DNA of 64,000 nucleotides from Octopus vulgaris (Eukaryota): NCBI GenBank assembly GCA_951406725.2, contig OX597835.1, positions 7,626,001 to 7,690,000 of the forward strand, read 5' to 3'. Shown piece by piece: positions 13,968 to 29,049 of this stretch (position 1 is its first letter; each line of letters starts with the position of its first letter). The notes under the pieces were generated by a model. It saw only the letters and a program-made list of their open reading frames with translations, ran no database searches and was not told where the DNA came from. The position numbers and the translations under genes were made by a program.

Positions 13968-16900
13968 ATGAAAGGTACCAGCGTCCTATTGTTTTGTGTA
14001 TTCATTTCATACACCTTCTCGGATAAAGAAGGTAAGTATAATTAGAAATTTCTTTTATTTTATAGCAATCCGAAATGTAGTGGGAGAAAAGGCGGAAAAT
14101 AGAAGGGCGGGAAGGAGGAAAATGAATAACGTTAACTTAACGGTGTTTCGGGTGTACCCAATTTATATGCAATTACAGCTTTTAAATAAATAACTCTATT
14201 TATCAACACTACGCATAGACCAAGTATACGGAGTTAAGATTCTTCTATATAATATACAACATTTAATTAACAATATGAATGATACAAATCGGGAAGGATT
14301 CTAGTGGTGTGCTCTCATCTCTTACTCCTGTATTTGATTCAGAACGTAAACACGAACGAAAGGACACTAAGCACCTTGCTCGTCAATTTAACCATTCTGC
14401 CAGCTCTCCGCCGCCGCCCTTAGAATTCTAAATTATTAAAATAATTACAGAAGATATTCAGCAAGTGCTTTATATATAATGTTTCACGTGTCTTTTCTTT
14501 TTTTTTTGTTATTCCTTTTTATTGCTCCTTTGGGTTTTTTTTATCTTCTTTTATGTATTAAAAACATCCATCACTACAGTGATGAGCCATATTTAAGTGT
14601 AGGAGTGAGGAACTTCGAGTTCCAGTCTTCATGATCCTGCATCTTGTTTCAGATCGTCTTACCATAAATACGTTCTCCTCTATTCAATGAATTACCTGTT
14701 GAGTGCTTTTCATGGGTATTTTGTGTATTTCTACACGAAACTTTGGTAAATAGACTTTTAATGCTTCCATATGTATTTTAATATTTCTTTCAGATGTCGC
14801 TTCCATCCGTCAACAGAGAGGAGCTTCTCTAGTTTTGAGAATTATGAATAAAAGGTAAGATCTACAAATCGACATATGTTATCGAATTAATAGACAAGCG
14901 CCCTCTAGTAAGATTTCATTGTTTGTGTCTATAGTAGAGAGGTTATCTTTCTTGAGACTCATTCCTGATTGTAGTTTTCGCGTAAAAGAGAATATGAAAC
15001 GGCAATATATCAAGTGAGACGATAGGGGAAAAATTTCAGGAGTAATATAGGCGTATGAGTGGCTGTGTGGTAAGGAGCTTGATTATCAAACACATGGTTT
15101 CGGGTTCAGTCCCACTGCGTGGCAATTTGGGCGAGTGTCTCCTACTATAGCCTCGGGTCGACCAAAGCCTTGTGAGTGGATTTGGTAGAGGGAAACTGGA
15201 AGAAGCTCGTCGTATATATGTATTTATATATGTAAGTGTGTGTATATGTTTGTGTGTCTGTGTTTGTCTCACCCCTCCCAATACCGCTTGACAATACCAG
15301 CTGAATGAATGTGGTAGAGGAAAAACTGAATGGAATTCTATAATATATATCTATTATAGGGACCTGTCGAAATTCCACGGAATGGAAAAAGTAAAGAGGA
15401 CCTGTTTAAGAGAGAAAGGAGTATTCTTTAAATATTCTTGACGTTTGTCTGCATCCATTTCCTCACGTCATCGACTGCATTATTTTTACCTCTTTCCCCC
15501 TCTGATCCGTGCTCCATGTCTGCTCATTCTTTCTCCAGCAGTTTGTAACTGTATTTCCTTTGAATCCAGAGTTGGCCTTCGTAAACAAATATCAAATTTT
15601 AAGCGAGCACATAATAAATAACTGCACTTATGCGATAAGCAATGGTCACGATGAGAAAAAAATTAGTTCATAAAAATAGATACTTTTCATTATCAACACA
15701 CCTCCACCACTACCACCACCATCACAGCAGCAGCATTCTCATTCTCTCTCTCTATATATATATATCTTTCTTACTCTCTTTCTTTCTATATCTCTTTCTT
15801 TCTCTCTCTCTCTTTCTCTCTCTCTCTTTTTCTCTCTCTCTCTCCCTCTCGCTCGTATTCTCTTTTTCTCTCGTTCTTCGCCTCTACTTTCAGCTCACCA
15901 GACAACGCATTTGGCTTAATTATATTAATATTAATCACTTCTCTCTAATTTTGCCTCTCTTTTTCTTCACTCCTCCCTCTCTCTCTTCTCAGTCTTATTC
16001 CATATATAAATCTGAAGTTGTCTGTTTGTATCAGCTGTGGTAGCCTTCAACTAACACTGTCTCCTCCGAGACCCTGCGGCGTAAGTTGACCAAAATTGAG
16101 AGTATGATAGAAGAAGGCTTGCTCTTTCTTCCGTAGACGAAAACATTCAAGTCGGGCCATGTAAACACCAAAAATGATTTACATCACAAGGGTGCTTTTT
16201 TTCTATGAAAATCCCTACCTTTTGCGATTTTGTAATTGCTGTGTAACCAGAAAAATGTTCTCTTAAAGAGAATAAGAAACTACACAAATCAAAATTTTTA
16301 CTTTTCAAAAATTATAATTCTAAAAGGTCGAAACAAAGCCGAGCAACGCCGAGCGATACTGCTAGTTAATATATAATGGGCGAACGAACAAGTAGATTAT
16401 CATAGAGATATGTGTTTGCATGTGCGCGTATATTTCCCGTTCTTGGATTGCACAATGTGTGATATAATTTAGCGGTCACCTACAGAAACACAAGAGAGGT
16501 TGATCTTCATATTATTATTACTATTTTCTTGCAAGCTAATTTAGCTAAAATTATATACACAATTGTGACATGCTATGCAGCTTCAAGAACTTAAGCATTT
16601 ACTTATAGACAGACATTAATGTCCATCCTTAATAAATGACAATGAAGCAACGAGGCAAGAAAGTCGGTTTCTCTTTCTTTCTTTCATTTTATTTGATACA
16701 GAGACAAATAAACCAAAGTAACCAGTTTTGAAAAGCATATAAAGGCTAAGATTCCCATTTCAAAAGTTATTTTCAAGATGGAAGATTGTTTTGTCTCTTC
16801 TTTTGGAAACGTCGTTTTCATATCTTATTTAGGATGCGTAGAGAAGTACATAGGACAAAAAATAATGACCGTAACAAAAGAACTGCAGGTTTAAATTCCC

Positions 16901-17581
16901 AGTTGCAGACGAGAAAATCTCGGTTAAAATTTGGTGTGATTCATGAATCAAAATTTTAATTTATTAATTTATGTCAGAATAGTGCTGATAAATTCCAACA
17001 TAGACGATCAATAAGACTTAAGCTGATTGAAGATAAATTAAGTTCCAGTTGTTTACTGGAGTCGATCTTTTCTACTGGCCCCACTCCCCCAAAATGTCGG
17101 GCCTTATACCAAGAGTAGAAAAGAATTACCCTATCACTGTCTACATCTACTCATCTACTTATGAAAATCGGAAAATATATATTCATAGACTTGGTTTTTT
17201 AAAAATACTGGAGAAAGTACAAATGACAATTTTTGAAAGAATGGAAAAATATCACCCGTCCAATTTGTTTCGGTTCTGCATGCTGTACATTCACATCCCG
17301 TTGGGTCTTTTGGTGTCAATAAAATGCAACAACTTCTTCCCTAACGAGAGAACATAATTTAATGAGTTTCTTACTTCACTACAATACTCTGTATTTACAG
17401 GTACGCATGCTCAAAGACTAAGTGTTACAAAGATATGCCAACCTACTTTTGCTGTCCAGGTCTGAGATGTCGTTGCATTTGGGAATTAAAGATATGCCGG
17501 TGTGTTCCTGAAGATAACACCCTTGGCACTCAGAAAAAGAAAACTCAAAAGGTAAAAGAAGAGAAAGTCTGCAAAACATAA
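13968..17581 (+). CDS. Knottin/ICK toxin-like prepropeptide, copy 2; join(13968..14031,14794..14854,17401..17581); 101 aa
   Basis: Same splice sites and phases. [101 protein letters not shown]. Confidence 0.88.
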
Positions 17582-18327
17582 CTTACAACTGTGACTTTTC
17601 TTACAAAACTAAATTTAATACGACGAATGTATTTTATATCTAATATATTTATGCGATTATTCCGTCAAATTTTAATGAAATCTCAATTAAATAAATTTAA
17701 TAAAGCATTACAAATACTTAGTGCTTCGTTTTTCACTGTGTTATTTGTTTGTCAGTTACTGAACGGTAACAAAGTCTTTGTGGTTTGTTCTTCGCTGTGG
17801 TGTTTGCCTTTAAGTTATCGATATGAATGGTAAGGCTTTACATTGCATTGGGATGCTATATTATTGTAAAAACATATATTCTCCTAGTTCTATGTTATAA
17901 AATTTCAAAAAGACATAGGAAAAAAACAAGAGATAAGAAATGAAAAGAGGGAAAAACAACAAATTTAGTGGAGGGGCGATTGGTCACATAACCCAGATCG
18001 AATAGTGTGCTAAGCTGGGGCTCGCAGTAGTGACTCTGATCGCGTCGCCGCGAAGAACGATGCAGCAGCCACTTCCTGAGGCTCATTAATCCAATGGGCC
18101 GCCTTCATCCCTAATTTGGAATGAAGTCCAAGAACACCGGAGGTCACGATGTACCCGGTACAAACTGATAGCAGCCAGTGAGGACCAGATATTTCTTGAA
18201 TGTTCTTTTATCGTGATTATGGAAGATGACACCCGCATTTGCAGCCGTTGCAGCAAGGTTGGTTCCTTGTCAAAAATATTTATTGATGTTGTGGTGTTGA
18301 TAATCGGACTGTTCTAGTCGAGCAGAC

Positions 18328-18480
18328 AGGTGATTGAGTTATGATCGATAGGTGATTGAATTATGATCGATAGGTGGTAGAGTTATGATCGATAGGTGAT
18401 TAAGTTATGGTCGATAGGTGAATGAGTTATGGTCGATAGGTAATTGAGCTATGATCAATAGGTGATTGAGTTATGATCAC
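18328..18480 (+). repeat. 21-bp minisatellite (aggtgattgagttatgatcgat-like), variable copy number between units
   Basis: About 7 copies here and at 38492..38665; about 4 at 7759..7845 and 28374..28460; 2-3 on - at ~53720 and ~59870. Confidence 0.85.
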
Positions 18481-18667
18481 TTCTAACTTCATTTTGACAG
18501 ATATAATATGTATAAGTTCCCACTGTGCACACAGTATTTCCATTCTTAAGAAGGCTGCACTTGATAAGATGATGGGTTTTCAGTAATTCGTTGCCAGGCG
18601 AGTGATCACGATGTCATCCGCATCTCCTTGACTGAGGTTGCAAAATTGAACCAAGTATGTAAAATAA

Positions 18668-18726
<59 letters not shown>

Positions 18727-18731
18727 TAGAT

Positions 18732-18762
<31 letters not shown>

Positions 18763-18949
18763 TAGATAGACACATAGATAGATGGATAGATAGAAAGATA
18801 TATAGATAGATACATGCACACACATATATATATATATATTTATATATGTATATATGTATATACATATGCCTCTCTCTCTCTCTCTCTATCTATATATATT
18901 TATATACATGCATAAATACCTACATATATATATATATATATATATATAC

Positions 18950-19497
18950 TCTAGTAAACACGGTTATAGAGCGAGCATACAGATGTAAGCATTGGCAAAA
19001 ACATACATTTAGTGCATATAAGTAGTCTCTATCATTATATATAATTTAAACTTTAATTTCCTTTATATTTAACATTCACTATTAATATCTCTACTCTTTC
19101 TATTAGCTGCTAATGACGTTATATCATATAACGTTTTTTTGAACAATTTTAATAGCGTTCTGTCTATCGCTATCCAAATCCATCATTTTTTGCTAAAATG
19201 TCTTATTGACGAGTTTCGTTTTTTTCACTTTCCTGAGGAGAAGATTGCACTGTTTATACCATTTATTCTTTTGAATAGTATCAGTGGAATTTTCGAAATA
19301 TGTGTCGAAAGTAAAAATATTTGATTACACCTGCGTTTTTTATTCATATTATTCAGAATATTCAACGTAAGCACGAAGTTTCTACCTTTATAACCAAGGA
19401 GTTACAACACCTTTACTTGTGGGAATTTTGCTGCCCTGGTAACAATTTATTTATTTTTCCGTGTTAATTGTTAACAAGGTAAAAAGACACTCATCTA
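18950..19497. mobile_element. ~550-bp unit-2-specific insertion within a (TA)n tract, unclassified repeat
   Basis: Not present at the homologous tracts (~8150, ~38890, ~53330); flanked by TA runs. Confidence 0.45.
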
Positions 19498-20289
19498 TAT
19501 ATATATATATAAATATATACATTCATAATTATTAATACCAGAGGTTAATTTGAAATATTTCCATGAACAGAGTCCGAGAATGTAGAAAATTTACGCAATG
19601 GACTATATATTACTCATATAAATACAGTGTAGATTTAAAAACGAAAGAGGTATCCATCATAGGACTACCTGCACGCTAGAGAGGACAGTTAAATTCCAAA
19701 CCACTTTTAGGGATATAATTTCGAATGGAAAGAAAAATTAAAACATTTACCATCTAACTCCTGGACCAATGATTTCAGACGTTTTTTAGCAAATAAATTA
19801 ATTTGCTAGGCGAAGGCTTCTTCAGCAGGTACAACTTAGATTAAATATATATACACGAGACAATCCAGTATCTGCCTCGTGCTTATGCATTCTAAATTTT
19901 CGAATCTACCGCGCAAGCGCAGCTCCCGCTCGGCAGTAGGTTTGTATGCCGGCTTTTTATTTCGACAATTATCCAAGAAATAATTTATCACTAATTAAAA
20001 GTATTAAAGGTTAATCTGAAATATTAGAAATTTCTATTACAAGTGACCTAGCGTGTAAAACATTTACTCAATAGATTATATGTTATTCATATAAATGCAG
20101 TGCACATTTACACAAAAAAGCTGTATCCATCAAACGGATACCTGCACGCTACAGGAACACTTATTAGGGATAACGTTTCGAATGGAATGGAAAGTAAAAC
20201 ATCCCTAATAGTGGTTTAGAATTTAACTGTCCTCTCTAGCGTGCAAATACCCTATGATAGTTACCTCTTTTGTGTTTAAATGCACACTG

Positions 20290-20382
<93 letters not shown>

Positions 20383-20385
<3 letters not shown>

Positions 20386-20709
20386 ATGTAAAGTATAGAA
20401 GCCATCTTAATATGGGTAACCACAAAAGTGGTGGGTGTTACTGTAGCTTTATAGCCCCAGGAGATCATCGTCTCCTGCTGGCTTTAGGCAACATTCCATT
20501 GCCCTTGAAGTATTTGCAAAGGGAGGCCATCCCTTTCTCGCAAGCCTGAGAGAGAAAGGGATGGCCTCCCTTTGCAAATACTTCAAGGCACTGAAATGGT
20601 GTCTAAAGCCAGCTGGAGACGATGAATCTCCTGGGGCTATAAAGCTACAGTAACACACCCAGCCCTTTGTGGTTAGCCATATTAAAATGGCTTCTATACT
20701 TTACATTAT
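20383..20709. repeat. ~327-bp imperfect palindrome (foldback/MITE-like) inserted in a (TA)n tract, unit 2 only
   Basis: The left arm ataatgtaaagtatagaagccat...gggaggccatccctttctc mirrors the right arm gagaaagggatggcctccc...atggcttctatactttacattat, centred near 20545. Confidence 0.85.
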
Positions 20710-20775
20710 CGAGCGATTAATGTTTACATCTCATTCTGGGATTTAATAATGCCTATATGTATATATATGTGAATG

Positions 20776-20816
<41 letters not shown>

Positions 20817-20902
20817 ATGTATATATATATATCCATATATATATATATATATATCCGTATATTATATGTACGTATATATGTAGGTATATGTATATATATA
20901 TA

Positions 20903-20949
<47 letters not shown>

Positions 20950-20950
20950 G

Positions 20951-21010
<60 letters not shown>

Positions 21011-21329
21011 AAATAAAATACAAATTGGGACAAGAATGCAAAACATCCGGACAACTAGGTAATACAGAAAATGACAACGAATCATCCAGATAGACGATAC
21101 AAAAAAAACCGAACGGATCGTACGAAGCATTTAATTCTCAGGCAAGAACCGGATCATCCTCGCAATCTCGGCTGATTAATCTTGAGATTGCTCCAATCTG
21201 GCCAGCCCCAAGGAAAAACAAAGCTAAGAGCATTAGATTCCTTGGAGAAAAGCATCGAATGTATACGAAACAGGGACGGAAAAACGGACGATGTTACCAG
21301 AATATAAATACAAAAATAATACCAAAAAA

Positions 21330-21680
<351 letters not shown>

Positions 21681-22124
21681 GGACATAATAACAGGTGTCT
21701 ATCGACTGGAGACAAATTGAACTCATCTGGCGTGTTGGGAATTAAGCCTTACGCTGCGGCAGTGACGGTGATCAAACGAAAAAGGGCTAACGGTTCGCCA
21801 ACGGTCAAGTGAGAAGAGAAGGGAGAGAAAAATAGGAACAAACGAACCAAAGAGAGAGGCAGAAGAGAGAGAATATATGGAACAAAGTAATTTCGGAAGG
21901 GGAGAAGAGAGAGAGAGCGAGAGAGTGTGTAGACGGAAGAATCAAGGTGTGGTGAGAAAAAAAAGAGAGATAGTGACAAAGTAAATGGCAAAGAAGGAAA
22001 GCAAAGAAATGTGAAAGAGGGGAGAGAGAGAGTGTGTGTTGAAGAAGTCGTTCAAAATTTAGTGAAATTTGTACTTACATATAAGAGAACAACGTGTACG
22101 TACGACGCTATATATATGCGTGTG

Positions 22125-22155
<31 letters not shown>

Positions 22156-23618
22156 TTGTGTGTGTGTGTGAGTGCGTGAGTGTATATCATTTTCTATTTG
22201 TGAAAGAGATAAGCAATGGGTTGTGTAAAACATATGAACGACTTTGTGGCGATATTTGTCAAAAGATGTAGCTACACTTCTCATCGACAAAAATCTTACT
22301 GCAATTACTCTTTCAAACGGTTGCTGTCATCTATCTATTTCCTCCAGACATTCATGTCCTTAGATTGATTCAAAGCCCAAAAGATTCCCCTTTCAGGCTC
22401 TTCAACCACTCCAGAGATGCACGTATTGTCAGCCACTAAAGGACATCGCCAAGTGGTTAAAATAAAGTAACTGGCGAACAAAGTTGTGGTATTGAACAGA
22501 ATATTCGCTAAAACGATATTTTTGCTTCAGCAAACCAGCCCTGAATCTGTCGAAAATGTTATAGAAAATGGGTCACTTCGAAGGCACTAATGTCCAGGCA
22601 CAAAAGCAAAGTGTGAAGGGAACAGGAGGCATTTCCTTTAACTTCCAAATAGAAGTAAACAGGAGATAACACTTACTATTCAACGATAAAAGAAAGAATT
22701 GAAAAATAATTTAGTGTCATCTATGTAACAGATAACCTCGCATTTCTTAGCCCGATTTCTGATTAAGTTCTGATAATATTGTAAGCAAGCGTCTTTAGTG
22801 GTATCTCAGTTCTCAATCTATCATGCAAAACTTATTGGAGATCTAATCTAAGCTGTGCTGCAAAGAAATGTTACGGCCCGACTTTGATTATTCTAATATC
22901 GGTAAATTAACGTCTTGAAGAAATCTCTAAACAAACTTCTTGATTCTCGTATGCAGCTCTGACGTCTAAAGAAATAAAATCTACATTTACACGTTATATA
23001 TGGAAAATTCCAGATTATATTTTAAATAAGAATGCCTATTTTTTTTTACAAAAGGTCGATTTTTTATAAGAGTATATATTCTATTTCATATTAAAGCTCC
23101 GATACAAAATATAAAGCGGTCATAAATAAAATATTATTTGTTATAAAGACTTTGAGATCAGGGATAATCTGGATCTAAGCAGCAATTTGGACTTTGCACG
23201 TCTGAATCAGTCGTAAGTTTGTTTCTGAGAAAGAACTTAAAAATTGTCTCCAAAGAAGAACATTGACATAACCGAAGATATAAATTTCGATATAGTTTGA
23301 AATGATGTTTTCTAATCACCAATTCAGACAGCTGGACGAAGTGCACGGCGATTTAGTAAATATTGTATCTCATGACATTAATCAACTTGCTGAAGCTTAT
23401 ACATACACACATACATACACACATACACACATACATACACACATACATACACACATACAAACATACATACACACATACACACACATACATACATACACAC
23501 ATACATACATACACACATACATACATACACGCATACATACATACATACATACATACATACATACATACATACATACATACGTACGTACATACATAAATAT
23601 ATATATTATTTATATGCT

Positions 23619-23664
<46 letters not shown>

Positions 23665-23709
23665 CATGTATGTGGTTATATGTATGTATACACACGCGCG
23701 CCCACCCGC

Positions 23710-23748
<39 letters not shown>

Positions 23749-24634
23749 TTAGTTGTATGTGTGTGTAAAGAAGAAGAGAAAACACAAGGTGTGTAAATTC
23801 AAGAATAGAAGAGAAAACGACAGCTGTAGGAAGCAAAGTTTAACGGTGATCAGCGTATAACTAGCATTACACAACCCTCATCAACAAGTTTGAACTTTGC
23901 ACAAGAGAAAGTCTACTGAGCTGTTTGTAAAATACCGTTCGAATCAAACAAGTATGTACACATTTAAATTATTTGTTGCGTCTGTATGTGATTAAGTAAT
24001 AGCATTACACAGAGTATGTTATGGTAATAAGGATGGCGGTAGTGACAGAGCTTAAACCGTTTGCTGCCTGTTTGCATGTGTACAATCCAAGATCTGCAAA
24101 GAGAGAGGGTAACCGGAATGATTTACTGATTTTCACTTTACATCTCATCGATTGTATTTGATGAAAGGGAATAAGTTGACCCCTTCCGATTTGGATGAAG
24201 TCGAGCTTTTGTAAATTTTGTTTTTTAATTAATGTAAATCGTTTTCTGAGAAACACGTGAACCTATTTTGGCTTGATTTTTGTGTTATACATTTCTCAAT
24301 ATTTTACGAAAGATGTTCCCATTTTCTTACATTATTTCAAAACATTCACGTCCAACAAACTGCTGATCTTTGCAACACTGGCCAACTGCTTCGAAGAGGT
24401 CATCTTCACCAAAATATATACTTACGTTCGTATTTTTAGTACGTTAGTACTACTGGTGCAATTAAATTAGCCATATTACTGTTTAAATGGTAAATCTTGG
24501 CTTTTTAGTGAAATATATTTGAACAGCTAAAAGATAATTGTTACCTAAATTTCAGCTGAAACCTTTTGCTTATTTTCTAAGAAAAATGCTTTTGTATTAA
24601 TCACTCTCGTTATGTGTCTATCATCAGGTGCGTG

Positions 24635-27353
24635 ATGAAAGGCATCAGTGTCCTATTGTTTTGTGTATTCATAACATACACCTTCTCGGATAAACAAGGT
24701 AAGTATAATTAGAAATTTCTTTTATTTTAAAGCAATCCGAAATGTAGTGGGAGAAAAGGCGGAAATAGAAGGGCGGGAAGGAGGAAAATGAATAACGTTA
24801 CCTTAACGGTCTTTCGGGTGTACCCCATTTATATGCAATTACAGCTTTTAAATAAATAACTCTATTTATCAAAACTACGCATAGACCAAGTATACATTTA
24901 ATTAACATTTAATTAACAACATGAATGATACAAATCGGGAAGGATTCTAGTGGTGTGCTCTCATCTCTTACTCCTGTATTTGATTCAGAACGTAAACACG
25001 AACGAAAGGACACTAAGCACCTTGCTCGTCGAGCTAACCATTCTGCCAGCTCTCCACCGCCGCCCTTAGGATAATTCTTAATTATTAAAATAATTACAGA
25101 AGAGATTCAGCAAGTGCTGTATATATAATGTTTCACGTGTCTTTTTTTTTTTTTTGTCATTGCTTTTTATTGCTCCTTTGGGTTTTTTTTATCCCCTTTT
25201 ATGTATTAAAAACATCCATCACTACAGTGATGAGTCATATTTAAGTGTAGGAGTGAGGAACTTCGAGTTCCAGTCTTCATGATCCTGCATCTTGTTTCAG
25301 ATCTTGTTACCATTAATACGTTATCCTCTATTCAATGAATTACCTGTTGTGTGATGCATGGGTAATTTGTGTATTTCTACACGAGACTTTGGTAAATGGA
25401 CTTTTAATGCTTCCATATGTATTTCAATATTTCTTTCAGATGTCGCTTCCATTCGTCAACAGAGAGGAGCTTCTCTAGTTTTGAGTAATATGACTAAAAG
25501 GTAAGATCTACATATCTACATATGTTATCGAATTAATAGACAAGCGCCCTCTAGTAAGGTTTCATGGCTTGTGTCTATAGTAGAGCGGTCATCAATATTG
25601 GCGCAGCTCCTTTCTTGAGTCTCATTCCTGATTGTAGTTTTGGTGTAAACTGGAATATATCAAGTGAGACGATAGGAGAAAATTTTCACGAGGAATATAG
25701 GCGTAGGAGTGGCTGTGTGGTCAGGAGCTTGCGTACTTGGGCGAGTGACTCCTACTATAGCCTCGGCCGACGAAAGCATTTTGCGTGGATTTGGTAGACG
25801 GAAACTGAAAGAAGCTCGTCGTATATATGTATTTATATATGTAGGTGTGTGTATATATTTGTGTGTCTGTGTTTTTCCCACCCCTCCCAATTTCGTTTGA
25901 CAACCGATGCTGGAATTTTTACGTCCCCACAACTTATAAGTTCGGGAAAAGAGACCGATAGAATAAGTACTAGGCTTACAAAAATAAGGCCTGAGGTCGA
26001 TTAGCTTGACTAAATGCGGTACTCCAGCATGGCCACAGTCAAATGACTGAAACAAGCAAAAGAATAAAGATATAAACTGAATAATATTCGGTTCTATTTT
26101 GCCTAGAAAATTCATCAACAATTCATTCAGCCATAGGTGCAAGCATGACTGTCTAGTTAACATATTGATGTATGTTATTAACTAACATACATCAATACAC
26201 AACTTCTTACCTCTCTTCTAACTATTCTTTTCTAATCTAGGTACAAGCCCGAAATGTTGGGGAGTGGGCCAGCCGATTAGATCGACCCCAGTACGTAATT
26301 GGTACTTAATTTATCAACCCCGAATAATATTCGGTTCTATTTTGCCTAGAAAATTCATCAACAATTCATTCAGCCATAGGTGCAAGCATGACTGTCTAGT
26401 TAACATATTGATGTATGTTATTAACTAACATACATCAATACACAACTTCTTACCTCTCTTCTAACTATTCTTTTCTAATCTAGGTACAAGCCCGAAATGT
26501 TGGGGAGTGGGCCAGCCGATTAGATCGACCCCAGTACGTAATTGGTACTTAATTTATCAACCCCGAATGGATGAAATGCAAAGTCGACCTCGGCAGAATT
26601 TGAACTCAGAACGTAGCGGCAGACGAAATACCTCTAAGCATATCGCACGGCGTACTAACGATTCTGCCAGCTCATAGACATTCCCCTCTAACTATTAACA
26701 CCATTTAGTTATTAATTACCTGTCTCTACGTTCTGAGTTTAAATTCCGCCGAGGTCGACATTGCCTTTCATACTTTCGGGGTCGATAAATTAAGTACCAG
26801 TTGTTTACTGGGTTCGATCTATTCGACTTGCCCCACTACCCCCAAAATGTCGGGCATTGTGCCAAGACTAGAAAAGAATTACCATATCACTGTCTACATC
26901 TACTTATCTACTTATGAAATTCGGAAAATATATATTCATAGACTTGGTCTTTAAAATATACTGGAGAAAGTACAAATGACAATTTTTGAAAGAACTGAAA
27001 AATATGACCCGTCCTATTTGTTTCGGTTCTGCATGATGTACATTCACATCCCGTTGGTTTCTTTCGAAGTCAATAAAATGCAACAGCTTCTTCCCTAAGG
27101 AGGAACCATAATTTAATGAGTTTCTTATTTCACTACAATATTCTGTATTTACAGGTCCTCCTCCCCTTGCTCAAAGACAGTTTGCGTCCAAAATATGCCA
27201 GTCAGGCTTTGCTGCCTAGATATGAAATGTCATTGTGTGTCTATAGGGAGTTGCAGGTGTGTTCCTATAAATATCACTCGTGGCACTCATAACAGTATAC
27301 TCCAAAGTGTAATCCCTATTCTCGTTTTCCTTGTAAATTTACTAAATTATTGA
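24635..27353 (+). CDS. Knottin/ICK toxin-like prepropeptide with hydrophobic C-tail, copy 3; join(24635..24698,25440..25500,27155..27353); 107 aa
   Basis: [111 protein letters not shown] sites intact and indels relative to other copies are in frame. Confidence 0.88.
26079..26567 (+). repeat. Direct tandem duplication, 243-bp period, in intron 2 of copy 3
   Basis: ataatattcggttctattttgcctag starts at 26081 and again at 26324; the two copies look identical. Confidence 0.85.
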
Positions 27354-28883
27354 CGTTCTGCTCTTTTGAATCTGGTGGATAAATGTCATAGGTCAGATTG
27401 TTTTTATAGAAGGAGAAAATCTACTACTTTTTCTATTTTGAAATTTAACCAATCGTCAAATCCTATGATAGTAGAAAACTCTGAATAAACATCAAGAGAC
27501 ATAGTGAAATAGAAAATATCAACGAGCAGAAGTTTGATTTTATAATTTATCCTGGAAAGAAATTCACGTATGTTGCACAAAAACTGAAATGGTAACAGAA
27601 ATGAAAATCTGCAAATCATAACTTACAACTGTGACTTTTCTTACAAACCTAAATTAATACGACGAATGTATTTAATATCTAATATATTTATGTTATTATT
27701 CCGTCAAATCTTAATGAAATCTCAATTAAATAAATTTATTAAAGCATTACAAATACTTAGTGCTTCGTTTTTCACTGTGTTGTTTGTTTGTAAGTTATTG
27801 AATGGTAACAAAGTCTTTGTGGTTTGTTCTTCGCTGTGGTGTTTGCCTTTAAGTTATCGATATGAATGGTAAGAATTTACATTGAAGTGGTATGCTATTT
27901 TATTGTAAAAACATTTATTCTCCGAGTTCTATTTTATAAAATTTAAAAATGAAATAGGAAAAAAAAAAAAGATATAAGAAAGGAAAAGAGAGAAAAACAA
28001 CTTAACCAGTAGAAATTGAGGAGAGGCGCGATGATCACATAACCCAGAATGAATAGTGTGCTCAGCTGGGCCTCGCAGAAGTGACCCTGATGGCGTTGCC
28101 GCGAAGAACGTTGCGGCAGCCACTTCCTGAGGCTCATTAATCCAATGGGCCGCCTTCATCCCTCAGTTCGGAATGAAGTCCAAGAACACCTGAGGTCTCG
28201 ACGTAACCGGTACCAGCTGATAGTAGCCAGTGAGGACCAAATATTTCTTGAATGTTCTCTCGTCGTGATTATGGAAGGTGACACCCGCATTTGCAGCCGT
28301 TGCAGCAAGGTTGGTCCCTTGTCAAAAATATTTATTGATGTTGTGGTGATCGGACAGTCGTCGTCGAGAAGACAGGTGATTGAGTAACGATCGATAGGTT
28401 ACTGAGTTATGATCAATAAGTGATTGAGTTACTATCGATAGGTGTTTGAGTTACGATCATTTCCAGCTTCGTTTAGACAGATATAATGTGCATAGGTTCC
28501 CACTGTGCACACCGTCGTTCCATTCTTAAGAAGGCTGCACTTGATACGATGATGACTTTTCAGTACATTGTTGCCAGGCGAGTGATCAGGATGTCTTCCT
28601 CATCTCCTTGACTGAGGTTGCAAAATTGAACCAAGTATGTCAAATAATTAAATACATACACACAAATATATGATTATATGTTATTCATTATGCAGTTTAC
28701 ATATAAACAAAAAAGGTGTATCCATCATACGGATACCTGCACGCTAGAGAGGACATTTTTTAAGGATAAAATTTCGAATAGAATGGAAAGCAAAACATCC
28801 CTAATACCGGTTTGGAATTTAACTGTCCTCTCTAGCGTGCAAGTACCCTATTATACATACCTCTTTTGTCTTTAAATGCACAC

Positions 28884-29049
<166 letters not shown>

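Noticed and set aside
18328-18480. CRISPR-like appearance of the 21-bp repeats
   Set aside because: Head-to-tail repeats without unique spacers, no cas genes, eukaryotic context.
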